Notes under the pieces: model-generated
The model's database searches: none
The model's input: the letters and a program-made list of their open reading frames with translations, nothing else
Told to the model about the DNA's origin: nothing
Translations under genes and position numbers: made by a program
Shown here: in pieces, positions 40,962 to 53,095 of the stretch
Numbering within the stretch: position 1 is the stretch's first letter
Layout: the number at the start of each line of letters is the position of its first letter
DNA from: Octopus vulgaris
Lineage: Eukaryota
Length of the DNA: 64,000 nt
NCBI GenBank assembly: GCA_951406725.2
Contig: OX597836.1
Span: 28,210,001 to 28,274,000 of the forward strand
Direction of reading: 5' to 3'

Positions 40962-40965
<4 letters not shown>
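40050..40965 (+). mobile_element. 3' end of a Penelope-like retroelement: GIY-YIG endonuclease C-terminal part plus 3' pseudo-LTR with hammerhead
   Basis: Stop-free frame 40050-40388 with no ATG: FFYIGSTSQLSKIISNHYSTFRYRNKRNSTGLSKSIWDLKDHNKQFNLDWLIL...PYDKGKEFCLLCNSELFFI...KHW. It carries the YIG, STxLSKxIW and CxLC motifs typical of PLE endonucleases. An HHR lies at 40674-40760, and the element ends in (TA)n. Confidence 0.85.
40674..40760 (+). ncRNA. Type I hammerhead in the PLE 3' pseudo-LTR
   Basis: ACUUCC-CUGAAGA-GAAGAU...AUCUUC-GAAAC-GU-GUC^AGAAGU, with an extended stem II. It lies ~290 nt after the GIY-YIG stop codon. Confidence 0.8.
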
Positions 40966-41004
<39 letters not shown>

Positions 41005-42897
41005 TCTTTTGCTCTTTTACTCGTTTCAGTCATTTGACTGTGGCCATGCTGGAGCACCGCCTTTAGTCAAGCAAATCGACCCCAGGACTTATTCTTTGTA
41101 AGCCTAGTACTTATTTTATCGGTCTCTTTTGCCGAACCGCTATTCTTTCTTTTATTCTGTTATTTGTTTCAGGCATTTGACTGCGGTCATGCTGGAGCAC
41201 TACTTTTTGTTGAAGAAATCGACACTAGGACTTATTCTTTGTAAGCCTAGTACTTATTCTATCAGTAACTTTTGCTGAACTGCTAAGTTATGGGGACATA
41301 AACACACCAGCATATATATATATATAGATGGGCTTCTTTCAGTTTCTGTCTACCAAATCCACTCATAAGGCTTTGGTCAACCCAAGGCTATAGTAGAAGA
41401 CACTTGCCCAAGGTGCCACGCAGTGGGACGACTAAACCCAGAACCATGTGGTTGGTAAGCAAGCTTCTTACTACACAACCACTCCTACACCTATATATAT
41501 ATATATATATATATATAAGGACAGGTTTTTTTAAAAGGGGTCCATGAGAAAACTCATTTAAATAAAAGGGGTCCTTGGTAGTGAAAAGGTTGGGAACCAC
41601 TGCTTTAATCAAACATTCCTATGATTGAGAGTATTCCAGCTGTGACCATCCTTTCTTTTAAGGGCTACCTTGGACTACATTAGCCAATGTGTCTTACTCC
41701 TACTTAGCATGTCTTGAGCAACCCACTCAACTGTTGTATAAATCATTCATCAAAAGGTAGAAGTGGTGGTCGTGGTGGGAGGGAAGAGGTGGACTGCTTT
41801 TGTTGGTGAGGGCTGAAGTGATTTGACGTAAGCTTGTTAAACCAGACAAATGACTGCGAACCGGTAAATAGAAAGTTTGTGATATATAATGGAGACACAT
41901 TTCAAATGTGTCATATCATTAATCTAGTTTATGTTGGGTGTGAATGTGGCACAGTAAGATGACACAAAGTGATTATGAAAGGATCCATGATGTACTAGCA
42001 GGTGAGGGGGGTGAGAGAAGACATGTTGAATAGTGTTTTTAGTTTGCCATCTAGAGCTGAAGAAACTGGGTTATAAATAAACCATCATCGTCATTGTTTA
42101 ATGTCCACTTTTCCCTGCTCTCGTGGTTCGGATGGAATTTGTTGAGGTGGATTTCTGCAGCCGGATGCCCTTGCTGTTGCCAACCCTCACCTGTTTCTAA
42201 GTAAGGCAAAGTTTCTCCATGGCCAGACATGTTTTCATGGAAGACTGGAAATAAACGACACTGCTTGCAGGATGGTGACATTCGTTTACAACAGTCACAT
42301 AAAATCAAAGCAAAGAGACAGTAACACACTCACACTGGGAATTTGTAGCCCCTGCTTGTAAACTGGTGTGGATTATAATGGGTTCAAGACCATCAATGTC
42401 TGGAAAACCAGAGTTATCTTGTAATATTTATCCTTAGTAAGGCAGCAAGCTGGGAGAAACGTTAGCATGCCAGCCGGAATGTTTAGTGGTATTTCGTGTG
42501 GCTTTATGCTCTGAGTTCAAATTCTGCCGAGGTCGACTTTGGGGGAGGGGGCAGTCGATTAGATTGACCTCAGTATGCAACTAGTACTTAATTTATCAAC
42601 CCCAAAAGGATGAAAAGCAAAGTCGACCTCGACAGAATTTGAACTCAGAGTGAGCGTAAAGCCAGACGAAACCACAGAGATTGAGGTGGGACTGAGTAAA
42701 GTGGTTGGTGTTAGGAAGGGCGTCCAGCTGCAGAAACCATGCCACAAAAGACAACTGGACTTTGGACAGCTCTCCGGCTGGCCGGCCGACTCCTTTCAAA
42801 CTGTCCAACCAATGCTAGCACAGAAAACAGGATGTTAATTAATGGACAATGATGAATGCAAATGTCCTTTAATATCCCCTTATATGTCACTCATTAT

Positions 42898-42953
<56 letters not shown>

Positions 42954-43033
42954 ACAATGATAATCCTGTCTTTATTCAGGAGTGCAATAAAAATATTTAC
43001 ATATTGTTTTTTAAATGTTATAACAAACTATTG

Positions 43034-43074
<41 letters not shown>

Positions 43075-43238
43075 AGCATGTAACTTTAATGGGAAACTAT
43101 AAAATAAATATTCTATTTGACGGCAATGACAAATGATTATGAGTTTATGATATCTACTATATATAAGTGTGTGAGTGATTGTGCTAGATGTAGCAGAATG
43201 ATGATGATGATGATTATTATTATTATTATTATTAATTA

Positions 43239-43277
<39 letters not shown>

Positions 43278-44331
43278 TAATTTATTATTATTATTATTAT
43301 GATTTTACCTCGCAGACATGTCTTTATAACTCAGGTGAAAGAAAAAAAAAAAAACCTGTATCACCTCATCCCCTTGTCCCACCTCGATCTCTGTGGTTTC
43401 AAAAAGTAGGTCAGCACAACATCAGATCACACCCTTCACCACGGCTGAAGGTGACTGGTTCAATTAGACAAACACTCAACAGCAGAGAAATTGCCTTGTG
43501 GTAATAGTTCATTTACTGTCCTTTTTGATTTTTGATTAAAATAAGTCTGGTCAACCAGGACTGACCTGGGGCTAAACGAAAAAACAACAGCAAGGATTGT
43601 ACCGTTACAGGTGTATGATTATATACTCTTTACTCTTTTTCTTGTTTCAGTCATTTGACTGCGGCCATGCTGGAGCATCGCCTTTAGTCGAGCAACTCGA
43701 CCCCGGGACTTATTCTTTGTAAGCCCAGTACTTATTCTATCGGTCTCTTTTGCCGAACCGCTAAGTGATGGGGACATAAACACACCAGCATCGGTTGTCA
43801 AGCAATGCTAGGGTGACAAACACAGACACACAAATATACACGCACATATATATATACATATATACGACAGGCTTCTTTCAGTTTCCGTCTACCAAATCCA
43901 CTCACAAGGCTTTGGTCGGCCGAGGCTATAGTAGAAGACACTTGCCCAAGATGCCACGCAGTGGGACTGAACCCGGTACCATGTGGTTGGGTAGCAAGCT
44001 ACTTACCACTGTTAATTTTTAAAACAATATTGTAGGGTTGGTGTGAGAGACCAGATCTGGCCAGTTTGAACATAAAACAGGCAGAATACTTTTGGCCGGA
44101 TATGGCCTGTTTAAATGCTAAAGGGTTAAAACCCGTTAACATCAATTTTGCCTTTCACTGCCCCTACCACCACCTTGGGGGGGTGGATAAAATAAGGTAC
44201 CAGTCTAGTACTGGGGGTGAGTGGTCAATGTACTGAACTAATCTCTTTCCCTTCTTTTTTTACTAAAATCAACATTCCTTACTTGAAAATATTTCATTCT
44301 AATTTAATCTTTTTCTTTTCTATTTCAACAG

Positions 44332-44687
44332 CCATATTCATAAACATAGGAATCCTAATATTGGTGATAAAGACTTCACCAAGCAGCATCCTCACGGGGA
44401 CATTTCTCTGTGGTCTCAGCTTCATCTTGTTCTGCATCGGCGGTGCCTTGTCTTACCACTGTGTCAAACGAATGCCGTCCGGTCGGGACGAGCGAGCGAG
44501 CAACCACGACCCAAGTGTATCCGTTATATCGCCACCGCCCTACTGCGACCCGCCGCCTTCATACGAGGAAATCATGGGAGCCCACTACATGGCCGATAAC
44601 CCAGCCATGGTGGTCGATGCCAATATGAGTCCAGAATTTAACAAACATCTTGAAGCCAGTGGTGAATTTCCTTCATCAAGCGAATAA
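44332..44687 (+). CDS. Terminal coding exon of the same claudin/PMP22-like gene (rest of TM3, TM4, cytoplasmic tail with two PPxY motifs)
   Basis: Strong acceptor (ttttcttttctatttcaacAG|44332). The phase-1 join G+CC gives Ala, then AIFINIGILILVIKTSPSSILTGTFLCGLSFILFCIGGALSYHCVKR...PPPYCDPPPSYEE...SSSE, with TAA at 44685-44687. GC-richer, coding-like composition. Confidence 0.85.
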
Positions 44688-44835
44688 AGACAAAAAGAGA
44701 TATGCGTGCAAAAATGAATGCATCCATGTGCATCCATGTGCATATTAGTATCTATACATAATATATATATATACCCACATATACACATGTGTATGTGAGC
44801 ACATAAATGCTCATATGAACATATACACATGATTT

Positions 44836-44921
<86 letters not shown>

Positions 44922-45315
44922 CCCCACATACCAATGTGCACACAATATCAAAGAAACTCTTGACAAACATGAGACCCTCTATGTGTTTGCACAAACTGCT
45001 AGAAACAGTAACCAATCTTCCTCGTATCACACCATATCATCTGGGAAAGAGAAAATTGATAACCAAAAATGAAACAGGATGGTCATAGCTGGAATGCTTT
45101 TCATCATACATCTGATTGATCTAAGCTGATAGATCAAACAGCAACAATAGACTAAGATAATATAATTATTATAATTATTATTATTATCGAAAAAAAATAA
45201 TAAGCAAACATTGAACTGCATTTAGAAGAAAGAGAGTAACACAAAAGACCAAGTCTTCAGTTGTGCAACAACAATGATTGCATGCACATATACACATATA
45301 TATACACATACACAC

Positions 45316-45357
<42 letters not shown>

Positions 45358-45586
45358 CCAGACAGACATACACACAGTGAGGAAAAAAGTAATTGAAGTA
45401 TTCAATATTCACAGAGCTGTGTAGAGAGATATATTATCTGTGTAACAAATGCCAATACCTAAGTGTAAGAGTCACTCCAGTATGTTCACTGAGAAACCAC
45501 AGGAACAATTTTCTGTTTATATATATATATATATAAAATATACATACATACTCACATACATGTATGTGTGTATTTACATATATTTA

Positions 45587-45929
45587 AGGATCCAAATTGA
45601 GGGAGTGGAGTAGGTAAAATCCAGGCTACATATGTCTCCTAGCTAGGAGATCCTCTGATGTAATAATTACTCAATGAGGGGTACTCCACTAGCTAATCAT
45701 CAGGCCAGGGATACCTTAATTATAAGAAGGTTACATTGTTGTTACATTATATCCTCAATGAGTTAACTTGGGATTCCTTAACGACAGTGTAAGCTTCATA
45801 CAATTCAGGTAACTTCAACCTGATGAGGAGATAGCTTATTGAGTAATTATTACATCAGAGGAATCTGCTAGCAAGGAGACATATGTAGCCTGAATTTTAT
45901 ACCCGATCCACTCCCACAATATGGATCCT
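45587..45929. repeat. ~340-bp imperfect hairpin element
   Basis: caggctacatatgtctcct / aggagacatatgtagcctg and cctctgatgtaataattactcaat / attgagtaattattacatcagagg. Confidence 0.85.
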
Positions 45930-46122
45930 CATTTGCATTCATAGCAACCAAAGTTGCTAACGGTGAGCTATAAAAATTTTTTTTTCACCTTATCAGACTT
46001 TGATATGGGAAAAGACATTGACACCAATAAATTTCTGATGTTCCTGAACATTATTTTATTACACCTACCACAGACTGCTTGAAGCTTAAAAACTTCCTCT
46101 GCTTAGATCCTTGGATCTTATA

Positions 46123-46153
<31 letters not shown>

Positions 46154-46157
<4 letters not shown>

Positions 46158-46529
46158 ACAGGGAAAAATTAGATTTAGGATTAAATCCAATTTTATAGTA
46201 TAGATATAATATATTATATTATATTATATTAAATTAGAGATAAAACCACTATTAGGCAAATCAAACAGTGAAAAACATAAGCCAATACAAAAAATTTATT
46301 TAAAAATATAAAATTTAAAAGATTATTAAAATTTATAAGTATAAATTATTTAAATAATTTTTTTAAATTTTAACTTTTATATTTTTAAATTAATTTTATG
46401 TATTGGCTTATGTTTTTCACTGTTTGATTTGCCTAATAGTGGTTTTATCTCTAATTTAATATAATATAATATAATATATCTATACTATAAAATTGGATTT
46501 AATCCTAAATCTAATTTTTCCCTGTAAGT
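46154..46529. repeat. ~375-bp near-perfect AT-rich palindrome
   Basis: acttacagggaaaaattagatttaggattaaatccaatt...agccaatac is reverse-complemented at ~46399-46529. Confidence 0.92.
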
Positions 46530-46549
46530 TTGGATTTATTCCCTAATAT

Positions 46550-46594
<45 letters not shown>

Positions 46595-46833
46595 AACACA
46601 CATGCACACATATATTATGTAGTGTGTAGTCGTTGGCTATGGCTGGTGAGAAAGTTACCTTTGGTTTCGCATCTAGTCTTGCACTTGGCAATATAGGCAA
46701 CTCATTAGACCTGGCCTGCTGGCCACATATATACTCACATACACACAAACAATGTGTACAAACAAAAGACTCGTTACATTCTACAGTGCTTCTATTTTTG
46801 ACTTAAACAGTGAATGATTCAGTCCTGCATGAC

Positions 46834-46868
<35 letters not shown>

Positions 46869-47068
46869 ACATGTCTGTAGTCAATTAGTTAAATTTGACG
46901 AAACACTGATAGACCAGACATACCTCATATGGGGCATGTCTACTTTTAAGCAATGCAATTCAGTTACTACTTGGTAATATATATATATATATATATACCG
47001 GAGTAAACGCATAAACGTGAAACAAGGTGGAAAAAAGAGTACTCAAATACCAGGGGTAGAGTAATATG

Positions 47069-47168
47069 CTTTATTTAAAAGCAGCAGAAACTCAACAAAA
47101 CCTGTTACTCAGAGTTTCACGTTCCCAAGTAACAGGTTTTGTTGAATTTCTGCTGCTTTTAAATAAAG
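47069..47168. repeat. 100-bp hairpin with a GTTTC (minus-strand GAAAC) remnant in the loop
   Basis: ctttatttaaaagcagcagaaa..aaaacctgttact / agtaacaggtttt..tttctgctgcttttaaataaag, with loop cagagtttcacgttccca. Confidence 0.85.
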
Positions 47169-47190
47169 TACATATATATATATATATATA

Positions 47191-47326
47191 TAATAATTAA
47201 GAGAATGAGATAAAAAAACCCAAGGCTATCAATGGTTTTCAGAACATTTATAAAGAGAAAGTCTTATAAATGTTCTGAAAACTATTCACAGCTTTGAGTT
47301 TTTTTATCTCATTCTGTTAATTATTA
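47191..47326. repeat. Hairpin related to the 7965-8178 element but with the loop collapsed
   Basis: Shares aatgagataaaaaa.ccaaggct and ataaatgttct with the 8-kb element. The loop is reduced to agagaaagtct. Confidence 0.8.
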
Positions 47327-47453
47327 TATATATGCATGCTAATACACGACCCACGTTGGACTTCTCATTCACATCATTATCAAACCTGGAGCTTAATTAT
47401 GGTCTGTCCATAGCACTTACTCAGTGTTACCTGACACCAATACCTCTCATACC

Positions 47454-47484
<31 letters not shown>

Positions 47485-47809
47485 TAATTAAGGATAAAAT
47501 CAATCAATGATCTTATCAGTGGCCAGCATGTAATAAAAACCACATAGGTAAAAATTAATATAGATATAATTAAGGGTACGTGTGCTAATGGAGTATAATT
47601 TGAAGTGGTTTTTAGAGTCATTTGACATCTATCTCTAGCATGTAGGTGCTGTTTCTCAGTACCCTTAATTATAATTATATCTATATAATTATTATATGTA
47701 ATTTGAAAATCCAAGAAGTGAGTGGAGATTTATTCACGTCCAAAACTTTATTAAAAAGTTTTTCTACACAAAATGTAACAATATATGTATGTGTGTGTGT
47801 AAACATACA

Positions 47810-47874
<65 letters not shown>

Positions 47875-48148
47875 ACATACAAATGTATTTTTGAATATTG
47901 GTCACAAAAGCAGACATTACTACATTCCAAGATTTACATATGTTTATATGTGTACAGTGTGTGTGTGTATTTGTATGTATGTATGTATATATAATCTTCC
48001 ATGTCCTTTTTGATTGTTCATTGTATTTACGTTATGTAAATATACGTGCATATGTATTCTTCGGTATTGTTCAGCTATTCTTCATTGTATTTGTATTGTG
48101 TAAATATACAAGCACACACACATATATATATATGTATGTTTGTATGAG

Positions 48149-48191
<43 letters not shown>

Positions 48192-48540
48192 CACACCTTG
48201 CAGAAATACAATGAACAATAAAAAAGACAGCACAAAGGGAAGAAATTTTAACAAATACAGTGTTAGCCTAACACGTTTGTGGCAACAGAATATATTTATA
48301 CACACACACACACAAAAACATATATCTACATACATCTATTATGCATTCCCATACGCACATACTCATGCAAATGTACTGTACTTCAGTCCTGCTATAATAG
48401 GGGTTATATATATATTTTTACTATGAACATTGTCTGTACACATCTTTTGGGATCTTTGAGTAATTAAAAGGCTCGTTGCCTGTCCCTTTATTAAAAAGGG
48501 AAAGCATTGGTTGTGGTAGTTTTTGAGTCACTATACGTTT

Positions 48541-48726
48541 ATAGAGCATGGGCCAAAAGTCATGCAAAACCCTGGAATTGTCAAAGACATGCCGCATTTT
48601 TTTTAAAAATTGAATAACATAAATAGAATAGGGATGACTTATAAATGGTGAGCAAAATGAATAATGATAATAATAATAATATAAATAAAATGTATGTTTT
48701 GGTGCGTGACTTTTGGCCCACCCTGT
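48541..48726. mobile_element. Tc1/mariner-type MITE
   Basis: TIRs tgggccaaaagtcatgc / gcgtgacttttggccca-ccctg-TA. Confidence 0.6.
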
Positions 48727-48820
48727 ATATAATATACACAACAATGTATGTGTCTTTGTACATCATAGTATATGCATGTATACATATTTACACACACGCA
48801 CAAACACGCATATATATATA

Positions 48821-48867
<47 letters not shown>

Positions 48868-49202
48868 GTATGTATGTATGTATGTATTTTAAATACATAC
48901 AAAAATAGTGCTCAGAGTTTCTCTTGCACTATGATTTCATGCTAGCATCCAGAAATTTCAACACGGCGATCCTCAGAGAACCTTTGCAGTACTTGGAGAA
49001 GTACTTCACAAACACACACACACACACACATTTTTATATCTAATTATATATAAGCATACATTTTTTTATATATAGTAAGTGTATATATATATATATATAT
49101 ATCATATATATATATATATAAATTATAACATATATATATTTTTATATATATATAAATTATAACATATATATATTTTTATATATATATAAATTATAACATA
49201 TA

Positions 49203-49297
<95 letters not shown>

Positions 49298-49789
49298 TAT
49301 ATGTATTATATATTCAACAGCACAAGTTTTGTATGTTTTTTGTAATTTTCAAAATATTTTTTTAAAAAAAAGATTATATATGTTATATCTTTCCATTTTT
49401 GTTTTTCAAATGAAATCATTTTCAACTGGTTCCGACACAAATCCAGTTTGATTAATTAATACCAATATGTAAATATTTTTATAAATGTCGTTATTAAAAA
49501 AATATTTGTTTTATTTCTCTTTATTTTCTTTTTTTTAACTGTTCAACTTCTTCAGCCATCAACTTCTCATTCTTTTTTCCAGCAGCATCTTTTACTACCT
49601 CCCCAAATATCAGAAGTTCTCTACTCCATCCCCCCACACACACACACACATCTTGATGACAATGCCAGCAGCACTGCCATTACTACTGCAGAAGGAAACC
49701 AACCACCAGTATTTGGGGAATTCTCTAAGAAAAATAATTTGAACTTCCAGAACTGATTAAACTGCTATCGCTATTCATAATATCTCTTA

Positions 49790-50420
49790 AACAATTATCT
49801 ACAGCTTTCAAAGCATAAACTTGTATCATTGAAGCTTTTACTCACCTAAGAATGTTTCCTTGATCAGAATTAAAAGTTGGAGCAATTATTATGCTTCTTA
49901 GAAACTTCTCTATAACTCAAGGTCTGTGCAACTGAATTCGCTTGGAAGTACTTCGGCTCCATGAGCATAGCATCGAATTACCAATTATAAGTGGATCTCA
50001 TTCTCAGATGAGAATACTGATTCCAAGAATCAAACTTACTCCAAGAGATGCAAACATTCCATTCCTTCTGCACCGGACCCAGTTTCCAGTTTGTCTGTCC
50101 TATTCTATGACAGCACAAGGGCAAACATTCAATAGAGTTGGCATACACTTGTCACAGCTATTTTTCTTTACTACCCACAAGGGGCTAAACACAGAGGGGA
50201 CAAACAAATGGATTAAGTCGATTACATCGACCCCCAGTGCGTAACTGGTACTTAATTTATCAACCCCGAAAGGATGAAAGGCATAGTCGACCTCGGTGGA
50301 ATTTGAACTCAGAACATAACAGCAGACGAAATACTGCTAAGCATTTCGCCCGGCGTGCTAACGTTTCTGCCAGCTCGCCGCCTTCTCACACTTGTCACAG
50401 CTATGCTTCGTCCAATGAAT
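49790..50420 (+). mobile_element. Helitron RepHel fragment (Pif1-like helicase C-terminus), interrupted by a SINE
   Basis: IKVGAIIMLLRN...QGLCN, ILIPRIKLTP, PFLLHRTQFPVCLSYSMT and AQGQTFNRVGIHL are Helitron/Pif1 helicase motifs. The SINE at ~50162-50387 is flanked by a 17-bp TSD acacttgtcacagctat (50145-50161 and 50388-50404). Confidence 0.9.
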
Positions 50421-50694
50421 AGTTCCCTTCCCAACACCAACCACTTCAAGGGTGTAATGGGTGTTTTTTACGTGCCACTAGCATATATGAACCTTCTTGA
50501 ACACATCCAAAAGATGCCCCCTAACTGCTTAGCATGAAGTTATCCATCAACACACCGCAACTTCTGGCCCACAGATGTGTTGTGTCTTCCATTTGTCCTT
50601 GCTACCGCAAATACAATAGCCTCCGTTCCCTTTGATACTCTCGTCTCCTTCCTTCGTCCATTTTGTCTCCAATCCTGCTTTCTATCCTAACTAT

Positions 50695-50975
50695 TCAAAT
50701 TTCTTTTTCACGCTGAGAGTTGCTGAAGCATGGAACAAACTGCCGGCATCGGTTGTTAGTTGTCGGGGCACTGCATCCTTCAAAACTTCCATGCTTCCTG
50801 ACATTCGCCAACACTACACCTGATCTTCTCCCCTCCATACACACACAAGCATGTATCTGACTCATACATTGTTCGCTTTCCAGACATTTGTACATTACTG
50901 CATATGCTTTATATGCACTTTTGACAAGTTGTGGTGCACCTGAGCACTGTATACAATAATTTCATTATATTATAT
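50695..50975 (+). mobile_element. 3' end of a CR1/L2-group LINE
   Basis: NFFFTLRVAEAWNKLPASVV...TASFK is the RT C-terminal signature, followed by a short 3' UTR and an (ATT/ATATT) tail. Confidence 0.85.
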
Positions 50976-51898
50976 TAAACCCTCGATCCACTGCAATCTC
51001 CACCTTATCCTTCTGCTGCAGTTGTTCCACCTAAATATCAACCATATTGATTTCGTGACTACAAGGGCGTGTGAAACACTGTGACGCAACCATTTTCCCT
51101 GACTAAATAATAATTAACCCTTTAACCACGAAATTATTCTAGAAATGATGCTAAATATCTACCAAAATAATCAGAGCTGGTATTTTGTGTAGGTCACATT
51201 GCTTCGATAGATTTGACATACCTCAACAAAAAATAGTTTTAAACATGACATTCCTCAACAAAAGATAGATTGATACATAAAACTGCTTTCTGCAGTTAAG
51301 AATAATGAAATTTTGGGTGGAGATATCTGCTTTCCACAGTAAAAGGGTTAAGGTAGTCTTAGACACTTTATATCAGAAGGCAAGGCACCATAATCATGGC
51401 CAGAATACCACTTAAGGATCGTGTTCTGATTAACGGTAATGAAATTTTGAGTAGATATATTTGATTTCTACAGCAAAAGGTTTCGAATACTGTTTTATGG
51501 AGCCGGAAAATTCGTAATATCAAAGGCTAAAGGGAGATAACTCTCATAATCTTTGCCTCGTCGTGCTTGCATGAGGAAGAGAAAAATAGTTCATATTCCA
51601 CCGAGATTGACTTTGCTTTTCATCCTTTCGGGGTCGGTAAAATAAGTACCAGTTGAACACCGGAATTAATATAACCAGCTATCTCTTTCTCCCAAAAAAT
51701 TCTGGCCTTGTGGTATATAAACATAGGTTAGTGAGTGAATGAAAACCAACTGGAGGCCGACTACTAACCTATTGAACTGGTAAACTCATTCACCCGGTCT
51801 GGAATAGCGTTGAAGAGCTTTTGTGCATTTAATTAAGGACTTTGCAATGAAACTAAACTCGAAATCCTCAAACTCAATCAAAACGAAATTAATGTTTC

Positions 51899-52177
51899 GG
51901 CATATGGCGAAGTGGTTAAGAGCGCGGGCTACTAACCCCAAGATTCCGAGTTTGATACCAGGCAGTGACCTGAATAATAATAATAATAATAATAACAACA
52001 ACAACATCGAAAACACCTTAAGAATGAGGACCCAGGTTCGAAATTTCCCCAAGACACCTGATGAAGGCTAGAGGGTATATCAGCCGAAACGTTGTGTTAA
52101 CAACAAACATGATGAGGACAAATATCCGTCAATTGTAAATAATATAAATAATTCCTCATCTCTTAAATATAGAACTG
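51899..52177 (+). mobile_element. tRNA-headed short element carrying a hammerhead; fragments at ~4948-5045 (-), ~29285-29330 (-) and ~29430-29510 (+)
   Basis: A-box-like tggcgaagtgg and B-box-like gagtttgatacc in a tRNA-shaped head (51899-51970), then (AAT)n, then the HHR at 52053. Confidence 0.75.
52053..52098 (+). ncRNA. Minimal type I hammerhead with intact core, inside a tRNA-headed element
   Basis: GACAC-CUGAUGA-A-GGCU(agagggtatatc)AGCC-GAAAC-GUU^GUGUU. Stem I is gacac/gtgtt and stem III is the loopless palindrome AACGUU. Confidence 0.8.
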
Positions 52178-52862
52178 AAATATGTTGGTTGTCTTTATTT
52201 TTTGTGTATTCACTGTATTGCATTCAAATCTCAAAGTAAAACTCTTTTAGAGTAAGAGATTAAAGTATTCGGTGAGTAGAGCACCAAGTTCTGGAATCTA
52301 ATATTTAAATGGAAAGGAGGGAACATCATCAGGGCCAGTACCCCTTTTTTTGTTTGAAACAGCTGGAAGTATTTTCGCTTTTGGTACGTGTGTAAATGGA
52401 GTGGGCGCCTACTGAATTGTAAGGGGGTAGATTTACTATTTGTACGTGCGACGACATTCACCCGGGGGTGGGGGCTGAGCGGGCTCCGACCAAAGATTTC
52501 ATGCTCAGAGTTTCAGTGGGGATACAAGTTCTCATGCGGACACCGGTCGTATGCGTACCACAACTTAGGATGTGTACGCATGCGTAGCAGCTCATCATGC
52601 CGCTGATAGTCGACTGTCACAGAAAATTTGCTGACCAACTCACCGCCGATTATCGGAGCGAACGTGGCCTGCGTTAGAAGCGAGTTCTAGAGACATGCTT
52701 TTACAAAAGCTATGGATGATTGCCTTACTCCCAGTGGACTTCCAGCAAGCCGGACATCAACCTGGAATTTCTGAGGGCCCATGAATTGTTAGATAATCAT
52801 TGAACTATCTATCAATGGGACTGGGTTTATCCGTCCTTTTGACAGGTTTTACTTGTTTTCAT

Positions 52863-53095
52863 GCGGCGGTGAGCTGGCAGAAACGTTAGCACGCCTGGCG
52901 AAATGCGTAGCCGTATTTCGTCTGCCGTTACGTTCTGAGTTCAAATTCCGCCGAGGTCGACTTTGCCTTTCATCCTTTCGGGGTCGATAAATTAAGTACC
53001 AGTTACGTACTGGGGTCGATGTAATCGAATTAATACCTATGTCTGTCCTTGTTTATCCCTCTATGTTTAGCCCCTTGCGGGTAATAAAGAAATAG
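52863..53095 (+). mobile_element. tRNA-derived SINE family B (representative copy)
   Basis: ggcggtgagctggcagaaacgttag...gagttcaaattcc..gaggtcgactttgcctttcatcctttcggggtcgat. Other copies at ~3690-3870, 17415-17650, 21805-22420, 22500-23080, 30480-30660, 36381-36612, 42438-42675, 50162-50387, 54412-54790 and 56970-57880. Confidence 0.9.
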
